Assembly: GCA_965153285.1 (NCBI GenBank)
Contig: OZ229113.1
Strand: one strand, 5' to 3'
From: Podarcis tiliguerta
Taxonomy: Eukaryota
Length of the DNA stretch: 64,000 bases
How positions within the stretch are numbered: position 1 is the first letter of the stretch; each line of letters starts with the position of its first letter. Both the position numbers and the translations under genes were made by a program. The notes beneath the pieces are model-generated. The model saw only the letters and a list, made by a program, of their open reading frames with translations, was not told the DNA's origin and did not search any database. This document shows, piece after piece, positions 25,458 through 40,019 of the stretch.

Positions 25458-25820
25458 AGGTAAAGGTAAAGGTACCCCTGCCCGTACGGGCCAGTCTTGA
25501 CAGAATCTAGGGTTGTGCGCCCATCTCACTCAAAGAGGCCAAGGGCCAGCGCTGTCTGAAGACACTTCTGGGTCACGTGGCCAGCGTGACATCGCTGCTC
25601 TGGTGAGCCAGAGCCGCACACGGAAACGCCATTTACCTTCCCGCTAGTAAGCGGTCCCTATTTATCTACTTGCACCCAGGGGTGCTTTCAAACTGCTAGG
25701 TTGGCAGGCGCTGGGACCGAACAGCGGGAGCGCACCCCGCCGCGGGGATTCGAACCGCCGACCTTTCGATCGGCAAGCCCTAGGCACTGAGGCTTTAACC
25801 CACAGCGCCACCCGCGTCCC
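25458..25820 (-). mobile_element. Sauria SINE, full length
   Basis: (ACCTTT)n tail, seen as AAAGGT repeats. tRNA-derived head GGGACGCGGGTGGCGCTGTGG with B box GGTTCGAATCC on the minus strand. TSD TAATACTCAGTTA / TAATTCTCAGTTA. Confidence 0.93.
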
Positions 25821-26149
25821 GCTAATTCTCAGTTACAGTTGTTCAAAAAGTATAGTATTGTATCACCTAAGAATGTCCACAAAATTGACAGCATTGGACC
25901 TCAAATATTGCCCCCTCCCCTGCAAAAGTCTTAAAGATAAATGTATAATGCCCAAGCCATTCAGCTTCCAGGGGATAGGCTTCTTCTTATCCCCTGTATC
26001 TCAAGCAATCCCATACCACATGGTCAACTGTTCCTTCCAACTCACAGATGTCACAAGAAAAGTGTCAATCTATCTGACATTGAATAAATTACTCCAAAAA
26101 CGTACAGTGCGATGCCAAAATCCTAAACAGGGCCCACTTGTTTCATCTT

Positions 26150-28010
26150 TTGCTGCTGGTTAAATATCCAGAAATCTCCCCAAAGAAAATTACCTCTCAC
26201 TTGTGAGATCTGCTTTCCATAATTTTTGATCATCACTCATCCGCTTGACCCAACATTTTACTTTCAGAGAGGACAAAGGCAACACAGTGTCAAGTCTTTA
26301 TACCCCAAAGTGTCCTTGGCTGTCTGATCTGCTATCTCATTACTAGCAAATGCTATGTGAGTTAGAATTTAACAGAAGTTTAACAGACTCAAAGACCCAT
26401 TAACTGTAATTCTGAATTCGGCAACCATATTTCCTTTCCCAGATTGCACTTGCATCCCATACTCCTATTCTCAATCGCCAACAACCAAGACAAGGTGTGA
26501 CTTAAGCCCAGTGCCCTATTGGGTCTCACATCCTTAAATTACTGAAAGCCAACTTTTTCTTTGAAAGGTAATATTGTGTTTCAGAATCTCCCCCACCCCC
26601 CCAAAAGTAACAAATTATATTTCATAACCACCACGCTCACCATTGCTATTGAAACTCAATTGGATAGTTGAATCCTAAACATTGGGACATAGAAAAGCTA
26701 TACTCACCTGTGCATGCCATGGCTTCCAGGACCCTTCTGTATATGTTAATCACCATTCATCCCACCAGGAAAAAATATTCTTTATGGTTATTCTTGGACC
26801 CTACTGGTCTACAATGACTTTTTACCTCTCAACTCACAACCCAGATCAAAAGCACCCATTCCCACACATAAAGCAAACAACCAGGCATTTAAAGAGCATT
26901 CTGATTTTGCACCACATTATATCACACCTTATACCACAGTCTTTGTATGAATAGCATTAAGTTTCCACAATAAGGACCCTGAGGCAGATACATGTGCCTG
27001 ACAGCAGTACTTCTTAATAGATATAATAAATGCACACTAGAACATCAATAGTGTTTTCCTATCCACCATCATGTGCTACCTAAAAAGCTCTTTCATTGGA
27101 TTTGGTAACACTTTACATCTATTTATTGTATACAAAATATGCTGCTTCCAAGTGTGTGTTTGTGTGTGTATGCGTATATATATGAGACTTAGAAAATTGT
27201 AACTTGAGACTATATGTATCTGTTTTCCAAAAAAGATTCAATGTAATCTCCCTAGAATGTAATCTCCCTAGAAAACACCATACCCACAATTTTGCGCTGA
27301 TAAAATTAGAATCCCACAGCCCTCCCAATTTCTCCTAACTTACTTAAATCTTTAATTTAATTTCCTCTTGGTCACTTATCCATCTTGCTATGAACACATT
27401 CCTTTTGAGTGTGTATGCAGAAATTTGTGTATTCTAGCAGCCACCAGCACCTCAGTTTTCTGTACATTCGCTATATGCAGTTTCTTATCCTCAGTAATCA
27501 AAGCTAAAATACTGGATAACATTCAGTTTCCTTATCTGCCTGTAAAGCAACACAATTGGTGTATCTATAAAGAGGTTTCCACAAACTTGCCTCCAGCTAT
27601 ATTGTTTAGCCTTCTTGAGAACACTTTTAACTATAGCTGTTTGTCATTGGTATTCCATTAAAACTTCCTCTCCAACATATGCCTGACCTTTTAGAAGGCT
27701 GCTTTGTGCTCCTTACTGCATTAATCTGTCCACCATGGAATTGTATTCCAGTTACTTCTCCTATTCATGAGTAGCCTGAAAAGCTGCTTCTACTATACCT
27801 TGTACCAACGTTTTCAGAAATCTGCTCAGGACCTTGAAACTCAACTGAAGACCCAACAGTTTCCGGTTATTTATGCCTAAATGGTTCTGAACCCGCCTCC
27901 TTAAAAATCCACATAGAAACCATGTCTATGCCAATCCTGAATTCCAAACAATGATCATTATTCATATTGGTTTCCTCCATAACTTCCCAAACACACTGAA
28001 CCACAATAAA
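26150..28010 (-). mobile_element. Very old, fragmented LINE remnant
   Basis: Scattered minus-strand peptide motifs (NSNGER, PWW, RMSDD) typical of APE/RT ORFs; no continuous frame. Confidence 0.3.
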
Positions 28011-28048
28011 CCATGACACTTCTTACTCATTAATTGTATGAATTAACG

Positions 28049-28184
28049 CAGGCTTCTTCAACCTCGGCCCTCCAGATGTTTTGAAACTACAATTCCCACC
28101 ATCCCTGACCACTGGTCCTGCTAGCTAGGTATCATGGGAGTTGTAGGCCAAAAACATCTGGAGGGCCGAGGTTGAGGAAGCCCG
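28049..28184. mobile_element. ~136-bp palindromic hAT-type MITE
   Basis: Long TIRs GGCTTCTTCAACCTCGGCCCTCCAGATGTTTT / AAAACATCTGGAGGGCCGAGGTTGAGGAAGCC; TSD AATTAACG / AATTAACA; same family as 57555-57690. Confidence 0.9.
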
Positions 28185-28422
28185 AATTAACACATAGGTT
28201 AGGTTGAAATAGTGTTCTTTCTTCCTTTTGTTTGGGTGGTTCTATGTTTGAGGAACTGATTCTCTAGTTTTTCCATTTTTATTTACCAAACATACATTAT
28301 AAACATAATTAAACCAATATTTATGATGGGGAAATGAGTGTGTTCATAACTGGGGTTAGAATGTACCACATGATCCCAAATACACAGACACAATGGGATG
28401 CTGTGATAATGACTTAAATATA

Positions 28423-28771
28423 CAGTGGTGCCTCGCAAGACGAAATTAATTCGTTCCGCGAGTCTCTTCGTCTAGCGCTTTTTTCGTCTTGGAAGCAACC
28501 CTATTAGCGGCTTAGCGCTATTAGCGGTTTAGCGGCTATTAAAGGCTATTAAAGGCTTAGCGGATTAGCTGCTAAAAGGCTATTAGCGGTTTAGCGGCTT
28601 AGAAAAAGGGGGTGGGGAGCGAAAAAAAATCTCAAGACTCGCAAGACATTTTCGTCTTGCGAAGCAAGCCCATAGGGAAATTTGTCCTGTGAAGCGCATT
28701 GAAAAACGGAAAACCCTTTTGTCTAGCGGGTTTTCCGTCTTGCGAAGCATTCGTCTTGCGGGGCACCACTG
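28423..28771. mobile_element. Tigger/pogo-like MITE
   Basis: TA TSD; 22-bp TIR CAGTGGTGCCTCGCAAGACGAA / TTCGTCTTGCGGGGCACCACTG; internal TTAGCGG tandem array at 28502-28601; retains CpGs (young). Confidence 0.9.
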
Positions 28772-30689
28772 TATACCTAAGCAGGTATTGAATAACATAT
28801 GGATTATTTCAGCCTCTGTTTTGAGCTCTTTAACAACTTCAACCAAGTATTTATTTTTAAGTAGCTAAGATAAGGATTTGATGTTTTTGCAAAATTTGGT
28901 GCATCCTGGACACTGCCAGTGTTGTGAAAACTTGTTTTATCCAGTTGTTCGGATGTTATAGAGAGCTGGTTTCTAGTGAATCTTGTATTGGTGCAAGTGT
29001 TGCAGCATATTCTTCCATAAAGAATGCACATTTAACAAAAATATTTGCATACATTAAACAATATGTTTAATGGTTAAAAACAACAACCCCATTGTTTAAA
29101 TCCACTGTTGAAGAGACTGCTATATTGTCAGAGAATGAGATATGCTTTTCACAGATGTTTCCCTTGTGGTTGTGGGAGTGCAGTTTGGATAAATTAGTTA
29201 TTTTATTTCCTAATATCACTTAATCTTTCTTACTGAATTTATACAGACCCAGTGCTTCCCAAATATGATGCTGATTGAAAAGTCCACATTTTCCATCTTC
29301 TCATTAGCTGGTGTTTGCCTCCCTTTTCCCTCTCTTCAAGCTCAGTCTGCTAGGGGTTCCATAGCTGTTTGGCATTTGGTTGCTCTCTGTATTTAAGCTA
29401 GCATTTCTCTTTTTCATTCAAACTGATTTCTGATCTTTCCATACTTTGGGACTTGTTTTCCAGACTTGGTGCTGCTCTGTGTTTACATGGACTTCTTTTC
29501 GTTATAGGGTTTTCTTCCTGAACATCCTGGATAAATATTACAGTTCTTATTCTTTGGATACAGGAGAAAAATGTTGTGACCACATTCAAATCAGGAAAAG
29601 CCAGATCTCTCTCTTTCTCCCTCCCTCCCTTAGATGAGGCACACTACCCCTAAGATATCTGATTGCACCCTTCTCATTATATGCAATAAGAAGGAACACT
29701 GGATTAAATGATTAAAAATCCTTAAACTTTTAGAGCTAAGAAAACATGCTACATCAGCTTCCCACTTTTTGTAAGATTATTAGTGTTTTATTACTAGTGA
29801 AAACCTGAATAGTTCTATAATTGCAGAACAAGTCTATCTGAATTCTAATATGCTGCTTTAAAATTCTGTTCAAAGTCTAATTTCTATAATGCATATGCAA
29901 CAAGATTTAGCTAGGCAGCTTAAAAGCAGAGCACACTTTACTGTGTAGCACAACGCCAGGGGAGTAGGAATAACTGAATTAAAATTTTGATGTACTGCTG
30001 AATAATTTTAAAGAAGAGAAGCTGATCTTTATGTATGTGTGGGCAGGGGAGAAGGGGCAGAAGAAGAAAGGCAAACATTCCGATTCTTAGTAAATACTTG
30101 TAGCATAGTTGGTAAGTTACATTTACAAGAGCAGCCCCCCAACAGAGGAAAAAATTGTTAGGCTGTACTACAATTAAATTTAACAGCATATCTGTATGTT
30201 CACTTTTACTCTGTGGGCTGGCTGGATAAAATGGAATCCCAAGTAAGTGCTGGAGCTTTCCAAAGCTTGCAGCAACATATTTTTGTATAGCACTTGGGGT
30301 TAATGGAATCTCTGGCTAATCTAGACATTTGAATGGGTCTGTGAAACTGACATTGAAGATTTGGGTAGAAAGTAGTATGATGAAATTAGCACTTGGTATA
30401 TGTGTCTGGCTGCACAGACCAACATAATGATGCACAGCAACTGCTCTTCTTCAAAATCCCTAAGTGAATGGAAATCTAAATTTCATTTTTTTAATGTTAT
30501 GAAACACGCTGTCATTCAATCCCATGACAAATTGGAGGGAATAGTTCTGTCAGTGGTATCAGTGTCAAGCGTCTAGTGGTGAGTAACTACTAATTATATT
30601 TGTTTAGCTATAAACCTCAGCAAAATAGGAAGCAAAATAAACAAACCGGAGTTGAGTCTCAAATTTAGGTCTTAATTTCCTGGCTGTCA

Positions 30690-30960
30690 GTGTAAATTAA
30701 GAAGCACAAAATGTAATATAATGAAAACTATCAAAACATCAAAGACATGCAAAGTTCTTCCTGCAACTAAACTCCGGCAAGTATTTTTCATGGGGACCTT
30801 TGTAAAGTGGACACTGAATAATATAATATAATGGATAACATCTTGTGTTCCAGTTTTACAAAAGGCACAACGATGCTGTTCCAAGGGTAATTTTGTATAG
30901 TGGCTATCCAAAAAGCAGAGGGCATGACATTAAATGTTGGTTCTGTGAAAACCTTTCTAC
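30690..30960 (-). mobile_element. Decayed LINE ORF2 C-terminus (CCHC knuckle, RTE-X-like)
   Basis: FNVMPSA...YTKLPLEQHRCAFCKTGTQDVIHYI resembles the R-x-C-x-x-C...ED-x-x-H zinc knuckle at LINE ORF2 ends. Confidence 0.5.
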
Positions 30961-33900
30961 GTAGAACTAGAGTAATCAGAACCAGTTTTCTGCTGTCCCC
31001 AGTTAATGCATGCATACAAACTAGAGAATCTTGAGGAGTGAATAATGAGAAAACCAATTTAGTGCAGGGATAGACAACATCGTGCCCTCCAGATGCTGGA
31101 ATACTGTCAGCCATAGCTAGCATAAACAATGGTCAGGGATGATGGGAGATGGACTCCAGCAACATCTGGAGGGAACCACATTGGCTACTCTAATCTAGCG
31201 TAAAGACTCACTTAGAGTTCTTTCAAAGTATTTAGTGTGAACAAGAGACACTGTGGGGAGATGTTATATATTTATTAGTAGTTTTACTGTCTGGCAGTGG
31301 TGACTGAAAATTGTTTTGAATGGAGCTATATGCCCCGCCAATGTGCAGAGATCTATCTGTAAAGTGACAGTCTCTGGCAGCATCATTAGTAAATCATTTT
31401 TGGAGTCCTGATGAGGACAGGTGGGACCATTTGCTTTTAATGTATATTTGAACAATACAAAAGAAAGGTAATTTTGCAAACGCGTTACTTTAGGAATACA
31501 GCTGGACCCCAAAAGGTTCAGGTAATATCTGACTAATTCATACTGTGAATATACTTGTTAAAATCAAAGTTAGTCATGGCTCACTTATCCAATGATTTTA
31601 GTAGGTCGAGTGAGTATAACTTAGTTGGCTAATCTCTTATGAAGTTGATAAAAGGATTGTAGCTGGAGTAATAGAGCACCTGATCAAGTTCTTCTAGTTT
31701 CCTGCTTAGAGCTACTTATTCTTAATTGATGTGTCTTTAATGAGAGTCAGGAACTCCCTAAGTTCTTACCTTCTCAAGTTAAAGAAGACCATACCTATTT
31801 CCAAGTCTTCTGCATGTTCTGATGGGCATTGCAGAATAGAGGAGTTAGCTTTAAACAATCAGCTGGTAAACCAAGCCAACATTTCTGTACTCCCTAGGGT
31901 GGAGATGAAATTCAGGACATTAAGAGCTGCTTTACTTATTGAGCTATAGTATCTTTTGGTGAAAAGTGTAAGTGCTGTATGGTTAAGCTTAGAGCTCAGC
32001 CTGGCCTTCAAGTTATTAGCTCACTTTTGTTGCCATAGATAATACGAAAAGAACCAGAATGGGGGGAAATGACAGCAGTCTTGTTTACAGAAATAGCTCT
32101 TTTCTGCATGTGTACTTAATTTGAATTATCCATTTTCTTTTTGCTTTTATCAATACACTTACCCTACTTGACTCAAACGAATAAATTTCATTAGGCCTCT
32201 TACTTCTACAGAACTTGTGCTGGAGGCTGTTTAAAAAGGAAATGGATAGCAGTCTTATTGTGTATCGAGTTAGTATGCGTTTCTATGTGGGAGTTTAGTT
32301 CCTAGGTGAATTTTCTCCTGCAGCATAGCAAATAGTACCAATTCAGTTTAAGTTCACCTTTCTGTGTAAATTCCTCTTTATTATGCAATTAATCTTGTCT
32401 GAAAGAGACATGTCATCTAACTCCTCGAAATTACAGTGGTCTTCTGCATTTCCTCTACATCTGCTATCTCAAAACACTTCCTATTTCTCTAATTGTAAGG
32501 GATTCCCTTACTTGAAAAAACAGCCATGTTATGCTATGTAGCCTTTATTTTTCTGAAGAGCAACCAGGTAGTTCTGTATCAGAAGTTGAGATGGGAAGGC
32601 CTGGAAAACCCCCAGAATTCCCCCCCCCCCAATTTTTCTGGTTTTCCCCCAGGCCTTCCCATCTCTAATCAGAAGATAGTCCTGGTATTTTCCATAAGCA
32701 TGGGAAATGGAGTTAGTTGACTTTTTGTACTTGTAGCAGAAAATTCAGAGTTACTTTTTAAGCAACGACTGACAGAAACAAAACAAAATGATCAAAAACG
32801 TTAGCAGTTCATCCGTCCATGCTGACCTATTTATCAGAGAATGATAGTCTTGGCATGCTGTTTGCCTTGCTGATAACCCTGGGCAAGTGACTTGCTGGAA
32901 TGGATACAGTGTTTAATGTTCTGAAGAGGCAAACCTTTGTTGCTAATGAGTAACAGCAGCACAACTTGAAATCCCTGATAGCAGTTGGCCCTGCGGCAAT
33001 GGGGATATATGTAGGGACAAGTAATGTCCAAAGCGGTCCTGGCTTCCGCTGAAATAAAGAGTCAGCCACTGAAAGGGTCATGACTGCATCAATTTAAAGG
33101 GTTTGTAAATCATAGTTTCGCTTTCCTCTGATTTGATTTTGGACTAAGAGGCATATTTCTATACTTCGTGAAGATTTGACAGATTGCCTTACCTGTTTGT
33201 TTTTTTAAAGAAATCCGTTGAAGGGTATAGATTTGCAAAGAGACTGTAGTCAGCAGGTGAAAAGAATCAAACAGTAGAAAGTGCTGTAATGTAGTATTAG
33301 AGCAAATGAAAGAGAATGAACCTAAGCCCCAATCAATAAATAATCTGACCCTCCTCAGTTATCCACTCATGGGCTCTTTTTGCTGTAGTTTTTACATTTT
33401 GATTTAATCTGAATACATCTCTTAGGGACTTTTCACACATTGCTTTTCTTCTTTCTGGTGATTTTAAGCTTACCTTCACCGTGACAATCAAAGGCATTAA
33501 AACTGACAGTGAAGTTTAACTTGTCCTAACTACAAACATCGACCCTGTACTTAACAAAGTTCTTTGTAACTGAATAAGCCCTTGATTTTCTCTTGGTGTT
33601 TACAAATGATGCAATTAAACAGCATAGGTAATTATTTTCAGGTGAGGCATTTTCATTTAATATGATCCAGAATGGGCTATTCAGTCCTTTCACACACACC
33701 TTTTCCATCCATAATCGTAATTATCTTCCCCCTTTACTGTACAGAAAATGCAGTGCATTGCATGTTTCCATAGTTCTCCACCTTGCAATTATGCATATAT
33801 CTCAGGAAGTAAATAATAAAGTTGCTAATGGCCACCCTGCTATGTTTGCCCACATTGCCACTATTTTTTACACTTCAGCCCTAAGTTGTAGGTATAGCCA

Positions 33901-34028
33901 TCTCTTTGATTTCTTCTATCCTGTAAAGGGCAGACCTGAGAAATTTGCTTTGTATGGAGAAGTTACAGTTGTGTGGTTCTACCCTGAGAAACGCTTTCTT
34001 TTCCTGGCTTCGTGGTTCTGAAACAATA

Positions 34029-35102
34029 CATAGAATCATAGAACCGTGGAATCTTGGAGTTGGAAGGGACACCAAGCGTCATTTAGTTCAACCCCTGCAA
34101 TGGAGGAATCTCAGCTAAAGCATCCATGACAGATGGCCATCCAATCTCTGCTTAAAAACTTCCAAGGAAGTGGAGTCCACTATCTCTCATGAGAGTCTAT
34201 TCCATTGCTGAACAGCTCTTACGGTCAGAAAGTTTTTACAAATGTTTAGTCAGAATCTCCTTTCTTGCAATTTGAAGCCATTGGTTTGAGTCCTACCCTC
34301 CAGAGCAGGAGAAAACAAGCATGCTCCCTCCTCCATGTGACAGCCCTTAAGATATTTGAAGATGGTTATCATATCTCCTCTCACTCTCTTTTCCAGGCTA
34401 AACACACCCAGCTCCTTCAAGCGCTTCTCAAAAGGCTTTGTTTCGAGACCCCTGATCATCTTGGTTGCCCACCTCTGCACACGTTCCAGCTTGTCAACAT
34501 CCTTCTTAAATTGTGGTGCCCAGAATTGGACACAGTATTCCAAGTGTGGTCTGACTAAGGCAGAATAGTGTGCTACTATTACTTTCCTTGATCTGGACAC
34601 TACGCTTCTGTTGATGCAACCTAGAATAGCATTAGCTTTTTATTTTGCTGCTGCATCACACTGTTGACTCATGTTAAGCTTGTGGTCCACCAAGACCCCT
34701 AGATCCTTTTCACATGTACTGCTAGTGCCCCCCAATCCTATATTTGTGCATCTGCTTCTTCCTGCCTAAGTGCAGAACCATACATTTGTCCTTATTGAAA
34801 TTCATTTTGTTAGCTTGTGTCCAGTTCTCCAATTTGTTAAGGTCATTTTGGATTCTGATTCTGTCTTCTGTAGCATTAGCTACACCTCCCAGTTTGGTGT
34901 CATCTGCAAATTTAATGAGCATTCCCTCAATTCCTTCATGCAAGTCATTTATAAAGATGTTGAACAGCATTGGACCCGGAACAGAATCCTGTGGCACCCC
35001 ACTTGTCACTTTTTTCAGGATAATGAGGAACCATTAGTGAGTACTCTGGGTTTGGTCAGTCAGCCAAATTAACATTAACAATAATCTAGCCCACATTTTA
35101 CC
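34029..35102 (-). mobile_element. CR1 LINE, 5'-truncated
   Basis: RT motifs SGVPQxSVxGPxLFNIFINDL and KFADDTKL, plus [18 protein letters not shown]...LERVQR; (ATTCTATG)n tail at ~34029. Confidence 0.95.
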
Positions 35103-36796
35103 TATCATAGAGGCAGGCAGTCACTCCTGTTGTCATAAATGTGTGAATTGCCTCTTATTATTATTCAATAAATTGGTATGCTGTCCTATACCTCTAGATC
35201 TCAGAGTGGTTCACAACATAAAATTACAATATAAAAACCAAAAAAAAAAAAAAAATGCATAAGAATAAGAACAAAGACAAGCCAATTATTTCTCATTCCA
35301 CAACACATTTAAAAGGGCATCATATGTTACTTAGCCAAAGACCTGGTTAAAGAGGAATGTTAGTTCTTATCTGAACTTTTCATTATAATCATGTTCAGTG
35401 CATTAATGTTTTATGGTTTATGTTAATTTGTTGGTTGTTTGATTGAATTTTTAATTGTTCTATTGTTTTGCTGAATTATTTTATTTTACTCTGGTACCTT
35501 AGGATGAAGAGTGGGTTAGAAATGCGCCTAACAGATATTTGTGGTTTTTTTTTAAAAAAAACCTTGACCTTCCAACCTCCATAGGTTAGGCTGAAAGTGA
35601 GAGAAGGCTGCGTATACTACTAAATGCACAATTAGGAACAGTGACACATGTATATCTTTTTCTAACCTTCAACCCTGAACTGTGCAGGTTGGGAATACAA
35701 GGCCATATGACTCAATCCCACTTCCTTGAAAGAAAAGTTAAGACTAGGGCTTCTGTCTCTTAACTTTTCAGAAGTAAGAAGCTTCTGCTTTCCAAAGCAC
35801 GTATTAGGTAGCAAAAACTAATTGTAATGTAAACCTGGAGACAGTTTTAAGACTTTAACCACTGTGTTGAATGGATAAAAAGGTTCACATCTTTTTGTCA
35901 CTGTTGCAGTCTTTTTGTTTGGGTAGCTCTAATTTTATGATGTGGTAAATTGAAAGGGGCATAGTAGTACTGCAAGAACCAAGCACATATTCTCTCCTGG
36001 CTTTAAAGGGCAAAGGTGCTCTCTCCACTGGCTCATTACAGCAAGCAACAATAATGCTTCTGTTTCCACAGGCTTCTCAAATACCTGTCTTGGCTTGATG
36101 GGTTTGGAACTGTTGGGCTGACAGTCTGCATTGTGTGGTGGGAAGGCAAGGCAGAAGTTCATGTTGACAATAGGCTAATTATCTGTGGGCAATTACATTT
36201 CATCTCATGCAAGGAGGGATTTTGAATAAATTCTTGAAACAGAATGAGTTGAGTTTAGGCTTAGCCATGCTTAGGAAAGACCCACAGAAATCAGTAGGAC
36301 TTTAGTTAGTTGTAAGTAACACACTGTTAAGACCATATTCATGGAAGACAATCTTACTTGGCTACGAATGATCACCAAAGAAGAATACAGTATGTCATAA
36401 GCCACATTGATTTCAAAGGGAATGAATTTGTGCCGCACACTTTGAATTGTCCCACCAACACAAACATTTCATGGGGGGGGGGGGGGGAGACTTCATTTTA
36501 CTGGCTCTTGCTAGCACACCTAAATATTTGAATTCGGCCCCAAAAGTCTACTCTATACATAACCAGTCCTATAACAAAACATCTGATGATCTGAACTTCA
36601 CCGGTGAAAAGTGTTCTCTGGAGCAGGGGTGTGGAATCTCCAGCCTGATGCCTATTTGGACCTCCCAGTCTTCCCCTTTTGGCCTGCAAGGCTATTTTGG
36701 CCAAGCCACACCCATCTGCCCTGCTTATGTCACCAGTTGCGGGGCAGAGAAAAAACTTGCTTGGCCCAAAGGGGGTTTGCAAGCACTGGCAATAAG

Positions 36797-36970
36797 TGGC
36801 TCAGGACCACCTCTCCCCATATAAACCAACCAGGACTCTGCATTCATCATCTGAGGCCCTTCTTTGTGTGTCTCCTCCACGTGAGGGCCAGAAGGTGGTA
36901 ACACGAGAACAGGAATGTAGAATTGTGGGATGCTCTCCCCAGGGAGGTTCGTCTGGCGCCTTCCTTATAT
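36797..36970 (+). mobile_element. L2-like LINE fragment
   Basis: DHLSPYKPTRTLHSSSEALLCVSPP is typical of the L2 ORF2 C-terminus. Confidence 0.6.
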
Positions 36971-38880
36971 ATCTTAAGGACTTCCTGCCTGTTATGTATA
37001 AAGGTGCAGGAATTTCAAAGGACTATCACAGTGGAGGGTTGCTGAAGTAGGAAATTACAGAGTTATGTCTTAAGTTGTTTTGAAATTTTATTTGACACAC
37101 ACTGAGAAATTCTGGTGGTTTGAAATGTCGCCCAGAGTAGAATTAGTTCTTGACAGTAGCAGACAAGCAGAGCTCCACCAGTCTAGTAAATGCAGATAAC
37201 TTCAGAAGCTATTTGTTGGGAGTATACCTGATAGAGAGTTGTTATAGTAAAGCAAAGCCATAAGGGTTATTCAGCTGGCTGGCTAAAATGAAGCTTATTG
37301 ATCAGTTACGCTGCCCAGTAAATTTTTCTTTGAAGGTTGTTGAATGGTACAGTGTAATGGTTTTGTCTATTGTGGCGATCCAGCTATCATCCATTGAGCC
37401 CTTAATCGGACTCCCATTGTAATACGTACCAGTTAAATCAGATCTATGAATTGGATCTTTCCCCCCCTTTTTCTATACTAAAAAAATGCAGTGATGGCAG
37501 AATAATACACCTTTCTGAATTAACTAGCTTGTCTTAAATGCCTCCTCGTACTCTTAAAAATGTTGTTTTGCTTCTTATTACCAAGTGATAAACATCTTAA
37601 TACAATAGCAGTTTATAAAGGACTTGCTGACACAACATCAAGGATAACCACATGAAACTGTCTGTATTGTAAAAGAGAAAAAAAATACCTTTAGAAGCTT
37701 TGAACAAAAATGGTGATTAAAATTATCCTTTATATAGCAGTAGGGAGAACAAAGTAGAAGGTTTTTCCATAATGTTCAGATATTCTTTCTTTGTATTGTA
37801 GACATTTGTTCCTTAGAGTATACTAATATCATCTAGAGCTGCAGTTGGAAAAAGCCCTCACACCGAACAATTTTGTTAATGGAATTTGTTATAATTATTT
37901 TGTGCTTCAGTTTCCCATCTCTCTCTGAGAACTGCCGCCTAGAGGCCTAATTAATGGAAATAGATGGCCTATGAGACTCTCATCTTGTTAAGGTTAGGCC
38001 AGTAAAAGCTCTGTGTGCCTGTTTTTGAAGCAAAAAAGGTGCCTGCTGCAATATTTTTCTCTTATTTCATTGAGTAATTTTTTGTACTGACTGTTCCCCT
38101 CAGGTTATGTTTGCATGCAGATACTAGAGTGGGGCCTCCTTGAAATAGTGGGTACATGCAAAATATTTCTAGAACATTCATTTGGTTTCTGCAAAGGAAT
38201 GTAAAGCTTAATTTGAATTTAGTTGATGGGACCTTTGATCCAACAGGGATTATTGGTAGTAGTATTCAATTTATTACCTGCCCTTCACTAGCAGGTTCTA
38301 GGGCAGGTTACCACAATTTAAAAATCAGTATTTAAAAACAGCTAAAAATAATTGCAGTCACGGGAATAGCATAGTTCTTAAAAATGCACATGCTGGGAGT
38401 CAAAGGCCAGAATGAAGATTTATATCTTCCATCATTTGCTGAAAACTGTAGTAAAGGTGCCAGACACACCTGTGAGGAAGGAATTCCACAATTTAGAAGC
38501 TTTCATAGACAATTCCCTCTTCTGAGCCACCACGCACCCTGAACCTCTAAGAACAGCAGAGCTACCAAGAAGGCCTTCTCTGCCTTCTCTTAATACCTGG
38601 TGGGGTCAGTACAGAAAGAAGTGGTATTTCAAATATTTGGGGCCTAAGTTGTTTAGGGTCTTAAACACTAGTGTGTTTAATGTAACTGTATGTAAGGCTG
38701 TGTGAAACAATTGCAATGGTCACTTACTCACTCACATACCCAGAAAAAAGGAAGCCCTTTGCTTCTTGTTCATTATCCAGTTTTCTCTCCTCTTATCCCA
38801 TGCCTGAGTGCTAAGTCTTCTTAGGAGCATTTGGTGAAGGACTCTGCAAGTATATATTGTATACCACATTGTCCTTCCAT

Positions 38881-40019
38881 TTGTTGTTGTTGTTTAGTTG
38901 TTTAGTCGTGTCCGACTCTTCGTGACCCCATGGACCAGAGCATGCCAGGCACTTCTGTCTTCCACTGCCTCCCGCAGTTTGGTCAAACTCATGCTGGTAG
39001 CTTCGAGAACACTGTCCAACCATCTCGTCCTCTGTCGTCCCCTTCTTCTTGCGCCCTCCATCTTTCCCAACATCAGGGTCTTTTCCAGGGAGTCTTCTCT
39101 TCTCATGAGGTGGCCAAAGTATTGGACCCTCAGCTTCACAATCTGTCCTTCCAGTGAGCACTCAGGGCTGATTTCCTTAAGAATGGAGAGGTTTGATCTT
39201 CTTGCAGTCCATGGGACTCTCAAGAGTATCCTCCAGCACCATAATTCAAAAGCATCAATTCTTCGGCGATCAGCCTTCTTTATGGTCCAGCTCTCACTTC
39301 CATACATCACTACTGGGAAAACCATAGCTTTTACTATACGGACCTTTGTCAGCAAGGTGATGTTTCTGCTTTTTAAGATGCTGTCTAGGTTTGTCATTGC
39401 TTTTCTCCCAAGAAGCAGGCGTCTTTTAATTTCGTGCCTGCTGTCACTATCTGCAGTGATCATGGAGCCCAAGAAAGTAAAATCTCTCACTGCCTCCATT
39501 TCTTCCCCTTCTATTTGCCAGGAGGTGATGGGACCAGTGGCCATGGCTACGTTTTTTTGATGTTGAGCTTCAGACCATATTTTGCGCTCTCCTCTTTCAC
39601 CCTCAATAAAAGGTTCTTTAACTCCTCCTCACTTTCTGCCATCAAGGTTATGTCATCTGCATATCTGAGGTTGTTGATATTTCTTCCGGCAATCTTAATT
39701 CCAGCCCAGCCTTTCGCATGATGAATTCTGCATCTAAGTTAAATAAGCAGGGAGACAATATACAGCCTTGTCATACTCCTTTCCCAATTTTGAACCAATC
39801 AGCTGTTCCATATCCAGTTCTAACTGTAGCTTCTTGTCCCACATAGAGATTTCTCAGGAGACAGATGAGGTGATCAGGCACTCCCATTTCTTTAAGAACT
39901 TGCCATAGTTTGCTGTGGTCGACACAGTCAAAGGCTTTTGCATAGTCAATGAAGCAGAAGTAGATGTCTTTCTGGAACTCTCTAGCTTTCTCCATAATCC
40001 AGCGCATATTTGCAATTTG
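38881..40019 (-). mobile_element. RTE-BovB LINE, 5'-truncated
   Basis: IYFCFIDYAKAFDCVDH...; MATGPITSWQIEGE...HGVTKSRTRL; (CAA)n tail; TSD GTCCTTCCAT (38871-38880, 40020-40029); frameshifted. Confidence 0.96.

Noticed and set aside
25700-25820. tRNA-like A/B boxes (also at ~48000-48084)
   Set aside because: tRNA-derived heads of Sauria SINEs, not tRNA genes.
28502-28601. Repeat array as CRISPR or telomeric sequence
   Set aside because: No unique spacers, not TTAGGG, vertebrate context, and internal to a MITE.
38898-39560. 220-aa plus-strand ORF
   Set aside because: Antisense shadow of the BovB RT ORF.
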